DNA of 64,000 bases. Source: Candidatus Aenigmatarchaeota archaeon. Lineage in GTDB: Archaea > Aenigmatarchaeota > Aenigmatarchaeia > GW2011-AR5. The notes beneath the pieces were generated by a model. The model searched no databases. It worked only from the letters and a program-made list of their open reading frames with translations, and was not told where the DNA came from. Positions 46,029-54,656 of the stretch are shown here, piece by piece. The stretch is from NCBI GenBank assembly GCA_016187335.1, contig JACPJW010000001.1, forward strand, positions 480,001 through 544,000, read 5' to 3'. Made by a program: the position numbers and the translations under genes. Numbering within the stretch: the first letter of the stretch is position 1; each line of letters opens with the position of its first letter.

Positions 46029-47960
46029 TCATTCAGGCTCCGAGGTTTTTTCGCCGCAGACGTAATCGCCGATTTTTTCTCCTAAAGGCATTTTTCTCGC
46101 TGCGCCGCTCAGGGACGCGCCGCCCGCTCTGCACACGCTTTCATCCATTCCCGGAATATCAGCATTTCCGCACGTGTAAAGGCATCCCTGGTAGCATACA
46201 AGGTCCGCGGTGCTGCCTTTGTCCCAGTGGTAGAACCTGTACTGCAGGACGCGCACGGCGTTGCTGACGCCTTCCGTATAAGCTGGATGCACCCTCGTGC
46301 AGTCTATCGCAGGCAGATAATCTTCAGCGTTGAATTCCAGCGTGAACGGCCTTCTTAAAAATTCTTTTTTCGCTTCGTCAAAATAGTAATAGTTCCCGCC
46401 GGAGAAGGCCGCAATTGCCGAAGGCGGCTTGACATTCGGGGAGCCTGTGGTAGGTTCTGAAGAGCATGTTTTTTGCGTTGATGCGCCGCAGTCGTCCGTA
46501 TAGAGAACGCATGGGTTCACCGTGCCTTTGTCTATGGCATCGCTTGCATCACGCATCTCAAAATGAAGGTGCGGTCCCGTTCCTTCCCCGGTGCTCCCGG
46601 TCTTCGCTATTTCTTCGCCGGCAGTTACTTTTTCTTTTCTTTTGAATACCAAGTCGTTGTTTATGCTGCTCAGGTGCATGTACCACGTATAATAAGTCTC
46701 TCCGCCGAAGTCATGCCTTATCCTCATGCATACGCCGCCGCCTCCGCATGCATTGGGATTTATGTTGACGAAATCCACGGTGCCGTCAGCCGCGGCGTAT
46801 ACAGGTTCGCCCGTGTTCGCGCCTATGTCAATGCCGCCGTGAAAGTCCTGATTCCCGTTAAGTGTCCTGGTGCCAAAGCAGCTTGTAATCGCGTGGCTTT
46901 TTGTCGGCCATTTGAGAAATCCGGAGCTTGCAGAACCGCCTTCTGTTATCTTCACGTTCGCGTCGTAGTGCAGGTAAAGGCCTGCTCCTGCCGGCAGGAC
47001 GCCGCTTTCCGTCGGGACAATCAATTCCGGCCTTGTCCTGTAGTTCACGTTGATGACGGCTTTCTCAAGGTTGCCGGGATTTCTCAGCAGCAGTATATCG
47101 AGCAGCCCGTCCTTGTTGCTGTTGGTGAATTTTTTCAGATAATCGTCAGCGCTTTGTGTTGCTGCAATTCCAACGAAACGCGGAGCCCAGTCGTCCTGAT
47201 ACCTGAATTCATGCCTGTAAAGCTCGTTGCTGCCTGAGGACAGCTTCTCCGTGAAGCTGACGGAAAGTCCCAGAAGCAGTTTGGTTATCGCCTCCGCTGA
47301 AAGCCGCATCCTCTTGAATTCCGTTTCAACGAGGAACTTGTTTTCCAGCGGCCCGTAGGTGCACACAGCATTTTCGCAGCTGCCGGCGGATACGATGACG
47401 TCATGTTTCATCAGACCTTCAATGCCCTTGTCCGTTGCGGTTATTTTTGGATTCACGTTCTTTATTTCAATCGTCAGGCCGTTTGCCTCAAATTTTCGGA
47501 AATTTCCAAGCGAAATCATCTTTGCTTTCAGATAGCTGCTAAGCTGTTCATCATCCGGAATGCACGTCATCGGGTTGCCGCTGCCGTACAAACCCTTGGG
47601 CAAAAGTGATTCGTACAATTCCTGGCCTGACGACGCTGCAGTGCTTTTTTCTATTGCAGCATCCGTCTGCAGCCAGTACTTCTCCTTGAACCCTGCGGGC
47701 CTTCCGCCCTGAAGCCCGCAGCCTATCGCTTCGTCGCCTGTCTGGAAAACGCTTTGTATGGTTGAGACGGTCCAGGTGTTTCTCAGTGATTTCTGCAGAA
47801 GCGTGAACGTGTCGGATGTTTTTATTATCTGCAAAGAATCAAGGACCATTTTTTCCTGGCGCGCGCTGCCTGCTATTGCGTCCTCGTTCACTACAAACGT
47901 TAGAACAAGGACTATTCCGGTCATTATAATCAGCCCGTAAGTCATTGCAGCGCCTTTCAC
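46029..47960 (-). CDS. Pilin-like protein carrying an M23 metallopeptidase domain
   Basis: MKG|AAMTYGLIIM N-terminus; WP...ITSCFG.R, FHGGIDIG, VYAAADGTV, YMHLS, VTAGEEIAKTGSTG.GTGPHLHFE. Confidence 0.92.
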   Translation of the reverse strand: MKGAAMTYGLIIMTGIVLVLTFVVNEDAIAGSARQEKMVLDSLQIIKTSDTFTLLQKSLRNTWTVSTIQSVFQTGDEAIGCGLQGGRPAGFKEKYWLQTDAAIEKSTAASSGQELYESLLPKGLYGSGNPMTCIPDDEQLSSYLKAKMISLGNFRKFEANGLTIEIKNVNPKITATDKGIEGLMKHDVIVSAGSCENAVCTYGPLENKFLVETEFKRMRLSAEAITKLLLGLSVSFTEKLSSGSNELYRHEFRYQDDWAPRFVGIAATQSADDYLKKFTNSNKDGLLDILLLRNPGNLEKAVINVNYRTRPELIVPTESGVLPAGAGLYLHYDANVKITEGGSASSGFLKWPTKSHAITSCFGTRTLNGNQDFHGGIDIGANTGEPVYAAADGTVDFVNINPNACGGGGVCMRIRHDFGGETYYTWYMHLSSINNDLVFKRKEKVTAGEEIAKTGSTGEGTGPHLHFEMRDASDAIDKGTVNPCVLYTDDCGASTQKTCSSEPTTGSPNVKPPSAIAAFSGGNYYYFDEAKKEFLRRPFTLEFNAEDYLPAIDCTRVHPAYTEGVSNAVRVLQYRFYHWDKGSTADLVCYQGCLYTCGNADIPGMDESVCRAGGASLSGAARKMPLGEKIGDYVCGEKTSEPE

Positions 47961-49294
47961 TATTTGTCACCAACAGTCACTATGATTTTAGGAACATCTT
48001 TCGCTGTTTTCTCGCCGAAATTGCATTCCTCGCCTGTCGGTTCAATCGGCGGCGAGGTTTTTACCTTTCTCAAATCAGCTGTCACGCAGCACTGGTATGT
48101 GTTGCCTCTGGAAGCAGGGCAGTCTTTTGATATCTCGTGGTCTTTCACGCCGATAGATTCGCACTTCTGCACGTCAAGGCAGAATCCGCTCTTGCCTGTG
48201 GTTGTCGTGCATTTTATTGTCTGCGTCACGCAGCACAGATTTGCCGCGTCATTGCAAAAGCCGCGCGCAAGTTCGCCGCTGCACAAAGATTGCTTTGTTT
48301 TGGGGTCAGTGATTTTAGGGTCAACGCAGTAAAAAACCGGCGCGCCTTCCTTTGTTCTGTAAAGCAGCGGCACTTCAGCGGAGACAAGCGCTCCCAGTTC
48401 GGCAATGCCGACTTTGTCAGCAGGCGCGCAGCATGTTGTCGCGTCAAATGAAAAGGTTTTCCCGCCGCCCGGCAAGGGCACATTAACAACAGGCAGTTTT
48501 TCCGGCACGGTAATCCTTTTGCCCTTGCATTCGTTGGAGCCTTGCGGTATTTCTATCCTTCCTTCGCTGCAGAAATAATCGCACACACCAAGATCATTCG
48601 CGCCGCATCTTGCGACTGAAGGCTTGTCCGGCGGCGGGTTGTTGTAATCGCCGTTTTCTTTCACATCTTCCTTGCAGCACGCGGTGTTCAGATTGACAAG
48701 GCTTTTTTTCGTGTCAAGGAAATTGAACAAAGGGCATTTGCCTTCTGCTGAAATTTCAATTCTTCCGACGCCGCAGGGCGCTGCCGGCGTGGGATTGTTT
48801 ATCGGGTCAAGCTGCGGCGTTGAGCAGAATCCCTCGTCTTTCGCGCCGCATCGCCTTCCGTTCTTGTCAAGCTCGTATGTTACGGCTTCCCCGGAAATTA
48901 TTTTTACATTGTAATATTCTAAAGGCAGACCACTCAGATAATTCCTTATCGCGTAGTCAAGCTTGTCCCTGTCGCTTGCAGGCATTTTTCCTGTAATTGC
49001 TGACTGCAAAGCTATTTCAGCAATTGTCCGCTCGTCAGGCTTCAGCAGCATCATGATGTGCGCAATGGAATAAGGGTCCTTTGAAAGAAGGATAATTTCA
49101 TAGCTCCGCGACGACCTCGGGTCCGCGCCTGCTATCGCAAGGATAGTTTTCATGACAAGGGTTAATATGATCATAATGATTCCTATGAAAACAATAAGCA
49201 GTACGCCGACAGGCTCTATCTGCCCCTTGAAGGATTTCCGGATTTTCCCTGTTTTGTTTTTCCCTGATTTATAGTGATTTTTCATAAACATCAC
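47960..49294 (-). CDS. Pilin-like protein with four Cys-rich repeats
   Basis: FKG|QIEPVGVLLIV; repeated C..G.C...C...C...CC units. Confidence 0.8.
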   Translation of the reverse strand: MMFMKNHYKSGKNKTGKIRKSFKGQIEPVGVLLIVFIGIIMIILTLVMKTILAIAGADPRSSRSYEIILLSKDPYSIAHIMMLLKPDERTIAEIALQSAITGKMPASDRDKLDYAIRNYLSGLPLEYYNVKIISGEAVTYELDKNGRRCGAKDEGFCSTPQLDPINNPTPAAPCGVGRIEISAEGKCPLFNFLDTKKSLVNLNTACCKEDVKENGDYNNPPPDKPSVARCGANDLGVCDYFCSEGRIEIPQGSNECKGKRITVPEKLPVVNVPLPGGGKTFSFDATTCCAPADKVGIAELGALVSAEVPLLYRTKEGAPVFYCVDPKITDPKTKQSLCSGELARGFCNDAANLCCVTQTIKCTTTTGKSGFCLDVQKCESIGVKDHEISKDCPASRGNTYQCCVTADLRKVKTSPPIEPTGEECNFGEKTAKDVPKIIVTVGDK

Positions 49295-49300
49295 GAAATT

Positions 49301-50185
49301 TTAGCCGGCACTGCCCGATGTTCCCGGCGGGGCTTCGTTCTTTTCTATGCATAATAACACCGAGCCGACTTCATCGCTCACACCTGCTATCGCATCTTTG
49401 ACTAGGTTCCCACACTCCGCATTTGCTCCGGGCTTTATGGGATAAGCAGCCAGAATTAATTCCTTTTCACTCTTGTCAAGGCCGCCGGAAAAGGAATAAG
49501 AAACAGGCACGCCCTTGTAAAACCTGCATTCGCTGAAAGGCAGGCTCGGATGCTTTAAGCACAGCATATTATTGCCGTTGTCGTAAGTTAGGACGAAGTA
49601 GCACGTAACAGATTTTTCCGGCTGGGGGTCGCCGGATAAATATGCATCCGACCGCGGGGTTTTGCAGTTTAACTTTTCTATTTTTTTCAAAACCTGCGCC
49701 CTTTCAACGATGCACTGGACATCGCTCAGCGTGTCTTCATAAATCCTCAGGGTGAGCCTTGCAGGCTTCTCGTCAACGCTCACCGGAAATGTGGCTGTGT
49801 ATTCGTAGAGAAATCCAAGCCCGAGCCTGTTTATCGCACCTCTGAGCAGGGTTGTTTTTGGCTTGAATCCAAAACTCCATTCTTTGCCGTCGCTTTCTAT
49901 TTCCGCGCCATAGGCAAGGCTGCAGTGACGGACGAAAGGCTCTTCCAATTTCCCGTTGACATTGTCCAGCTCTGCTGACGAGAAAACAGACTTTGAAGCT
50001 GTCAGCGGCGATACGAAAAGGTTTTCAGATATTTCCACCGCAGCTCTGGGCGCCTGTTTTGAATATATGGTGGGCTCAAACGGGAACATAAGGAAAAACA
50101 CAATGGCTATTATCGCTATTTCGAATATCACGAAAATTACCCAGAAGAACGTGTTTATCTGCAATGATACTTCTTCTTCTGCCAT
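49301..50185 (-). CDS. Pilin-locus membrane-anchored protein
   Basis: N-terminal hydrophobic helix; co-oriented within the operon. Confidence 0.7.
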   Translation of the reverse strand: MAEEEVSLQINTFFWVIFVIFEIAIIAIVFFLMFPFEPTIYSKQAPRAAVEISENLFVSPLTASKSVFSSAELDNVNGKLEEPFVRHCSLAYGAEIESDGKEWSFGFKPKTTLLRGAINRLGLGFLYEYTATFPVSVDEKPARLTLRIYEDTLSDVQCIVERAQVLKKIEKLNCKTPRSDAYLSGDPQPEKSVTCYFVLTYDNGNNMLCLKHPSLPFSECRFYKGVPVSYSFSGGLDKSEKELILAAYPIKPGANAECGNLVKDAIAGVSDEVGSVLLCIEKNEAPPGTSGSAG

Positions 50186-50186
50186 A

Positions 50187-50681
50187 CTATCCCCTTATAC
50201 AGTCGTTGACCGGCTCAAAAATGTTTATTGCGCTTTTGGTTTTGACAAAGCAAAATGTCTTCCTCATGTTTTCTGAACATTCAAAATTTATTTTTTTTAT
50301 TTTCATACCTGTCTGCAAAATGTCCGATTTGTACTGCCGGCCCTCAGATTCGTACAAAACGTACATCTGGTTTATTTCTATCCTGCACTTTCCCTGCACT
50401 GTGCGGAACATGGCGTGTGTTGTCTCCGGAGCGGATTGCAGGATGTTTATTATGCTTGCGAGCTGCTCCGCCTGCGTGAATGAAGCCCTTTCCACAGCGA
50501 TTTTTGTCGCATTTTTCCACATGCTGAACCCGAAAAAGAAAAGAAGCAGGACGATTACCAGGAAAGGCACAAAGCCGTATTCCTGGCCTTTCCTGCGGCA
50601 AAATTTTTTTTCCCCTGCGTGGTTTTTCTTTTTAATCAGAAACACAAAATCCCCTTTTAGTTTTAGCCGGGCCATTTCCAT
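50187..50681 (-). CDS. Pilin-like protein with class III signal peptide
   Basis: RRKG|QEYGFVPFLVIVLLL. Confidence 0.75.
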   Translation of the reverse strand: MEMARLKLKGDFVFLIKKKNHAGEKKFCRRKGQEYGFVPFLVIVLLLFFFGFSMWKNATKIAVERASFTQAEQLASIINILQSAPETTHAMFRTVQGKCRIEINQMYVLYESEGRQYKSDILQTGMKIKKINFECSENMRKTFCFVKTKSAINIFEPVNDCIRG

Positions 50682-52276
50682 TCAAAGCCTAATATTTCTT
50701 TCACTGAAGACGGGCTGAAAGGCGTTTTCGTTATGGGCTTTACATGTATTGTGTTCTTGTCAAGGAATTCCGTGTTGTCAACAACGACTGTCAGGTCAAG
50801 CTCCCATGAAATGTCATTATAGAACCAGGACCTCCACTGCTCCCTGTAGGCGTTTTTCGTCCAGCAAAAGCCTTCCGGAGGGTCTTGTATCGTTATCTGC
50901 AGGCATTTCCCTGTCGGCGCATCATCCGGTTTTACGTCGTTTTTTCCGGCAGGGCCGAGGCCTTCAACGCACTGGTAATGCGTGCCAACCTCCTGAACCT
51001 TTTTTCCGCTATCGTCAACGAAAACGTTGTATATCGGGTATTTGAGCCAGCGCTCGCATTTGTCGGGGCCCGAGCCTTTGAGCGCGCTGCAGTCTTTTTT
51101 TTCTATCAGTATCGTTTTGTCAATATTGCATGGAGATGCAATATAGAAATCCGATGTCTTCACGCCTGCAAATGCGGTGACTATAAGGCCTGAAAATTCG
51201 CGCAGGCCCCTGTAAGCTATATTGGTTACCGCCGCTCCGAATATAGCATCTATAAAAGGTATTTTTCCCAAATATTTGAAAATGAATTTCAGAAATCCCG
51301 CGCTCTTGAGGACAACTTTTCCTACAATTGTTTTTTCAAGAACCGTCCCAAGGGCAGCTATTCCGCCTGCTTTTACAATAGCCACACCAACTGCTGCAGT
51401 ACCCGCTGTTGTAGCGACAAGAAATCCGGCTGTCTGAAGTTTTCTTGCGTCAGAAGCGACATAATTCAGGTGCACGTACTGTATGTCACCGCACGCGGAG
51501 CTCAGCGGTATGCGCGTTACGGCTTCCGGTGTTTTCAGGCAGAGCGACCTCACGCCGCACGGCCTGTATTTAATGAAAGACTTCTGCTCATTGCTCATGC
51601 TCAGGTCAAGGCGGAAAACATCCGGCTGGCCTAATGGGTTATGATAAATCCATTCCCCCGCGTTACCTTTCTTGTACTCAACCTTGCCTATGGTCGGCAG
51701 GACCGGCTTTGCCTCCGATGTCGGCATGATGTTGACGTAATCGCTGAGCATTATGTTCGGAATCACGACAGATATTTTTTCCCTTTGAAGCTGTAGTTTT
51801 CCTTCGGCAATACTTTTCAGGACAGTTTCGTACCTGCTGTTCTGCCCTGCGTAAAGCTGCCTTTCAAAATTGGTTGCGTCCTTCAGGCCCTCTGAATCGG
51901 CGGTAAACGGTGCGAAGACCCTATGGCCGATAGAATTGCCCTGGTAAACCTCCCATCCCAGGCCTTCGCCTATAGGGAACGCCTCGTAGTAAAGAAGGAA
52001 ATCAGGGTCGCCAAGACCTTTTATCCTGTAAGCTGCTAGGGCATTTACAACAATTATTTTCGCAGGCCTTACCTGCGGGAATGAAAATCCCTCAAGCTCA
52101 GCCCTCTCTTTTATGCAAGCCTCGTGAATTTTTGAGCGCAGCAGCTCCGTGTTCAGCCTTGCGACCTGTTCGTTGGAAGGTATGGTTGACAGGAAGTAAA
52201 GAAAAGCGCCTGCCATTATGGCTATCAGAATCATCTGCATTACAAGATATACCGGTTCTGAAAACCCCTTTGTCAT
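50663..52276 (-). CDS. Large pilin-like protein
   Basis: MTKG|FSEPVYLVMQMILIA; internal Gly/Ala-rich hydrophobic segment. Confidence 0.75.
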   Translation of the reverse strand: MTKGFSEPVYLVMQMILIAIMAGAFLYFLSTIPSNEQVARLNTELLRSKIHEACIKERAELEGFSFPQVRPAKIIVVNALAAYRIKGLGDPDFLLYYEAFPIGEGLGWEVYQGNSIGHRVFAPFTADSEGLKDATNFERQLYAGQNSRYETVLKSIAEGKLQLQREKISVVIPNIMLSDYVNIMPTSEAKPVLPTIGKVEYKKGNAGEWIYHNPLGQPDVFRLDLSMSNEQKSFIKYRPCGVRSLCLKTPEAVTRIPLSSACGDIQYVHLNYVASDARKLQTAGFLVATTAGTAAVGVAIVKAGGIAALGTVLEKTIVGKVVLKSAGFLKFIFKYLGKIPFIDAIFGAAVTNIAYRGLREFSGLIVTAFAGVKTSDFYIASPCNIDKTILIEKKDCSALKGSGPDKCERWLKYPIYNVFVDDSGKKVQEVGTHYQCVEGLGPAGKNDVKPDDAPTGKCLQITIQDPPEGFCWTKNAYREQWRSWFYNDISWELDLTVVVDNTEFLDKNTIHVKPITKTPFSPSSVKEILGFEWKWPG

Positions 52277-52294
52277 TTTCCGCCCTCTTGGATT

Positions 52295-52435
52295 TTACCT
52301 GTTCGGGAAAACAAGATTCAGCATGCTGTCTATGCCTGTCTTGAAAGTCGGGACAGCCTTCCCCAGAATCAAAATCGTGGCAAGCAATATTACCAGAAAT
52401 ATTATTATGCTGACTACGACGTGCTCAAGGCGCAT
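52295..52435 (-). CDS. Micro pilin-like peptide (46 aa), absent from ORF track
   Basis: MRLEHVVVSIIIFLVILLATILILGKAVPTFKTGIDSMLNLVFPNR*. Confidence 0.6.
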   Translation of the reverse strand: MRLEHVVVSIIIFLVILLATILILGKAVPTFKTGIDSMLNLVFPNR

Positions 52436-52521
52436 GATTACATATCCGTCCAGCGATTAAAATAGTTTCTGGAATTGCTGTAAAAATAATCTTTATTACT
52501 TGCAGAAAAGAAAGATTCATC

Positions 52522-52671
52522 ATGGGCATTATTGAACGCCCGATGGACTATTTTCTTGGGATAGCACTTATGGCTCTTGTCCTCGGCGTGGGGTTCTTTT
52601 TCCTGCTTTCCAACAAGGATACGGTAATCAGGATAATATCAATAATTTCCGGCTCCCTGGGGTTCGGGTAG
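52522..52671 (+). CDS. Small membrane peptide (49 aa), absent from ORF track
   Basis: MGIIERPMDYFLGIALMALVLGVGFFFLLSNKDTVIRIISIISGSLGFG*. Confidence 0.5.
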   Translation: MGIIERPMDYFLGIALMALVLGVGFFFLLSNKDTVIRIISIISGSLGFG

Positions 52672-52686
52672 TCATGCAGAATCAGT

Positions 52687-53298
52687 TCAGCCGCTGCATT
52701 TCATGACCCTGCCTGTCATGAAAAACGACCTCATTATGATCCAGCCGCAGGAATCCGTGAACTCTTTAAGCGTCACTCCTTTCTTCGCAAGCGCATCGCA
52801 GCCTTTGTCGGGGTTTATGAACCCGAAAACGAATGTTTCCTCGTCTTTCAGGCCTATGGAATTGAGGTCCTCTTCCTTTGCCGGGGGCGCAGTGAACCTT
52901 CTTGATGTTATAGTCTTTGTATTCGTATCCGGGGATATCTCAATAGTATATTCTCCTGTTTCCTGATTGCCGCCTATGTAGCCGGCAACAACAACTCCCT
53001 TCATCAGGAAAAACATGTTCGCCTTCACCTTTTCTTTGTATTCAAACCCTACGTTGTCAAGAATGATTTTCTTCTCGTCGGAGCAGACCTTAACCTTTTT
53101 TGCAAGGTCTTCAGGCCTGTCGGTGATTTGTATTTCCTTGTCAACGCCTGCAAATTTTATGTTTTTTGCCGTGTTGCTTGAAGTCAGCAGGACGTGGTAA
53201 ATTATCAGCAGGACAATTACCATTACTATTACTTTCAAAGCGTAATCAAAGGCGACCATGATATTAACTGTGCTTTCTGTATAATAAGTTTTCCTCAA
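52687..53298 (-). CDS. Pilin-locus membrane-anchored protein
   Basis: N-terminal TM; start may be ATG 53259. Confidence 0.7.
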   Translation of the reverse strand: MRKTYYTESTVNIMVAFDYALKVIVMVIVLLIIYHVLLTSSNTAKNIKFAGVDKEIQITDRPEDLAKKVKVCSDEKKIILDNVGFEYKEKVKANMFFLMKGVVVAGYIGGNQETGEYTIEISPDTNTKTITSRRFTAPPAKEEDLNSIGLKDEETFVFGFINPDKGCDALAKKGVTLKEFTDSCGWIIMRSFFMTGRVMKCSG

Positions 53299-54299
53299 AT
53301 CCCGCTTTCAGCGCTTTCTATGCAATCGTCCGCTGAATAATCCCCAGGCTTTACCTCTATGAACATCGGGCCGTAAAAATCGGTTTTATCTGGTATGAAA
53401 TTGCAGTCGTAAGCGTCGGAAACCTTGCCGCAGAAGCCGATGACAAATTTTTCCTTCAGCCGGGGGTCAATTTCCTTTTTCTCCGGAGCGAACAGGGGCT
53501 GGAGCTTTTCGGAAGTGTCTATAAGAAATACAGGCTTCGCTTTTGAGCACACATCCTTGTTCCTGAATTCCAGCAGCTTCATTGTCAGCGAGGAACCGCA
53601 CACGCTGACGGATTTATCGCACAATTTCTTGTCATCACCTTCACATTCCGTGAACTTTAATATTTTCCTTTCCGGGACAGAGGCCCCGTAGCACTGGACC
53701 TGCGCTGCTACTGTGCATTTTGCATCTGAAGCCGGAATACCCGCAAGAATTTCCGCCACGGTAATGCTTCCCACAAGTGACTGGTCTATTATTGAAATGT
53801 CGTAATCGTTTATCACAATCCTCTGGTCCTTGAGAAGATAGCCGTGATAAATTTTATCGTCTTTGAATATTGTCGGCGGCTCCGTGGAAGTTATTGTGTA
53901 TTCAATGCCTTCTTCTGCATTGAACGTTTTGTCGTCGCCTGATTTCAGGACGAGCGAGGATTTTTTCAAGTCCAGCGATTTTTTATCCTTGTAGCTCAGG
54001 ACAGGCATCACTGTGATTTCCCTGTGCGGATTCCTGTCGTCCCTGAACTTCACGCCAAGGTCTTTTATGGTGACTTCGTATTTGTAAATTCCGCCGCTTT
54101 TTGTGCATGTTATCGTTGCATCGGATTTCAGCGTCGCCGTTATTAGCTCGTTTATTTTCTGTATTTCAGGTTTCTGCTTTTCCAGAACAGACGCGAATTC
54201 CTTTGACTCTTTTGTTCCGACAACCGCAACAAGAATGATTACCGACAGGCTGACGACGGCAACTGTCATGCCGAGGCCTGCCCTCATGCCTATGTCCAT
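53295..54299 (-). CDS. Pilin-like protein
   Basis: MRAG|LGMTVAVVSLSVIIL; Cys-containing extracellular domain. Confidence 0.7.
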   Translation of the reverse strand: MDIGMRAGLGMTVAVVSLSVIILVAVVGTKESKEFASVLEKQKPEIQKINELITATLKSDATITCTKSGGIYKYEVTIKDLGVKFRDDRNPHREITVMPVLSYKDKKSLDLKKSSLVLKSGDDKTFNAEEGIEYTITSTEPPTIFKDDKIYHGYLLKDQRIVINDYDISIIDQSLVGSITVAEILAGIPASDAKCTVAAQVQCYGASVPERKILKFTECEGDDKKLCDKSVSVCGSSLTMKLLEFRNKDVCSKAKPVFLIDTSEKLQPLFAPEKKEIDPRLKEKFVIGFCGKVSDAYDCNFIPDKTDFYGPMFIEVKPGDYSADDCIESAESGI

Positions 54300-54303
54300 A
54301 GTA

Positions 54304-54474
54304 TCACGCCGCCACAGGGCCGCCGCTTGTGTACCTTATAGCTTCGTTTATTGCAGTCACTATAAATTTTCCGAACCCCGGCAAAAGGTTAGTGTTCAGA
54401 AGCGCGATAGCAACAAGGCCGAATGCAAGGGCTACCAACAGAGCAGTCATAAGGTCAAAGCCGGAATCGCTCAT
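54304..54474 (-). CDS. Micro pilin-like peptide (56 aa), absent from ORF track
   Basis: MSDSG|FDLMTALLVALAFGLVAIALL...; GGTGAG RBS upstream. Confidence 0.6.
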   Translation of the reverse strand: MSDSGFDLMTALLVALAFGLVAIALLNTNLLPGFGKFIVTAINEAIRYTSGGPVAA

Positions 54475-54478
54475 AAAC

Positions 54479-54598
54479 TCACCCGAAGACAGGCTTGAGT
54501 GCGGGTATTATGTCAAAGACGCCTTCCTTTTGGCTGGCAAAAATCAAAATTACAATCACAGCGGCGACAATAGTAAGTATCTGCCATATATACTGCAT
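54479..54598 (-). CDS. Micro membrane peptide (39 aa), absent from ORF track
   Basis: MQYIWQILTIVAAVIVILIFASQKEGVFDIIPALKPVFG*. Confidence 0.5.
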   Translation of the reverse strand: MQYIWQILTIVAAVIVILIFASQKEGVFDIIPALKPVFG

Positions 54599-54656
54599 TA
54601 TAAGCCGCTTTTGTAGCATATTTCCTATATTGCTCCGGTATTTATAATAAATTCCG

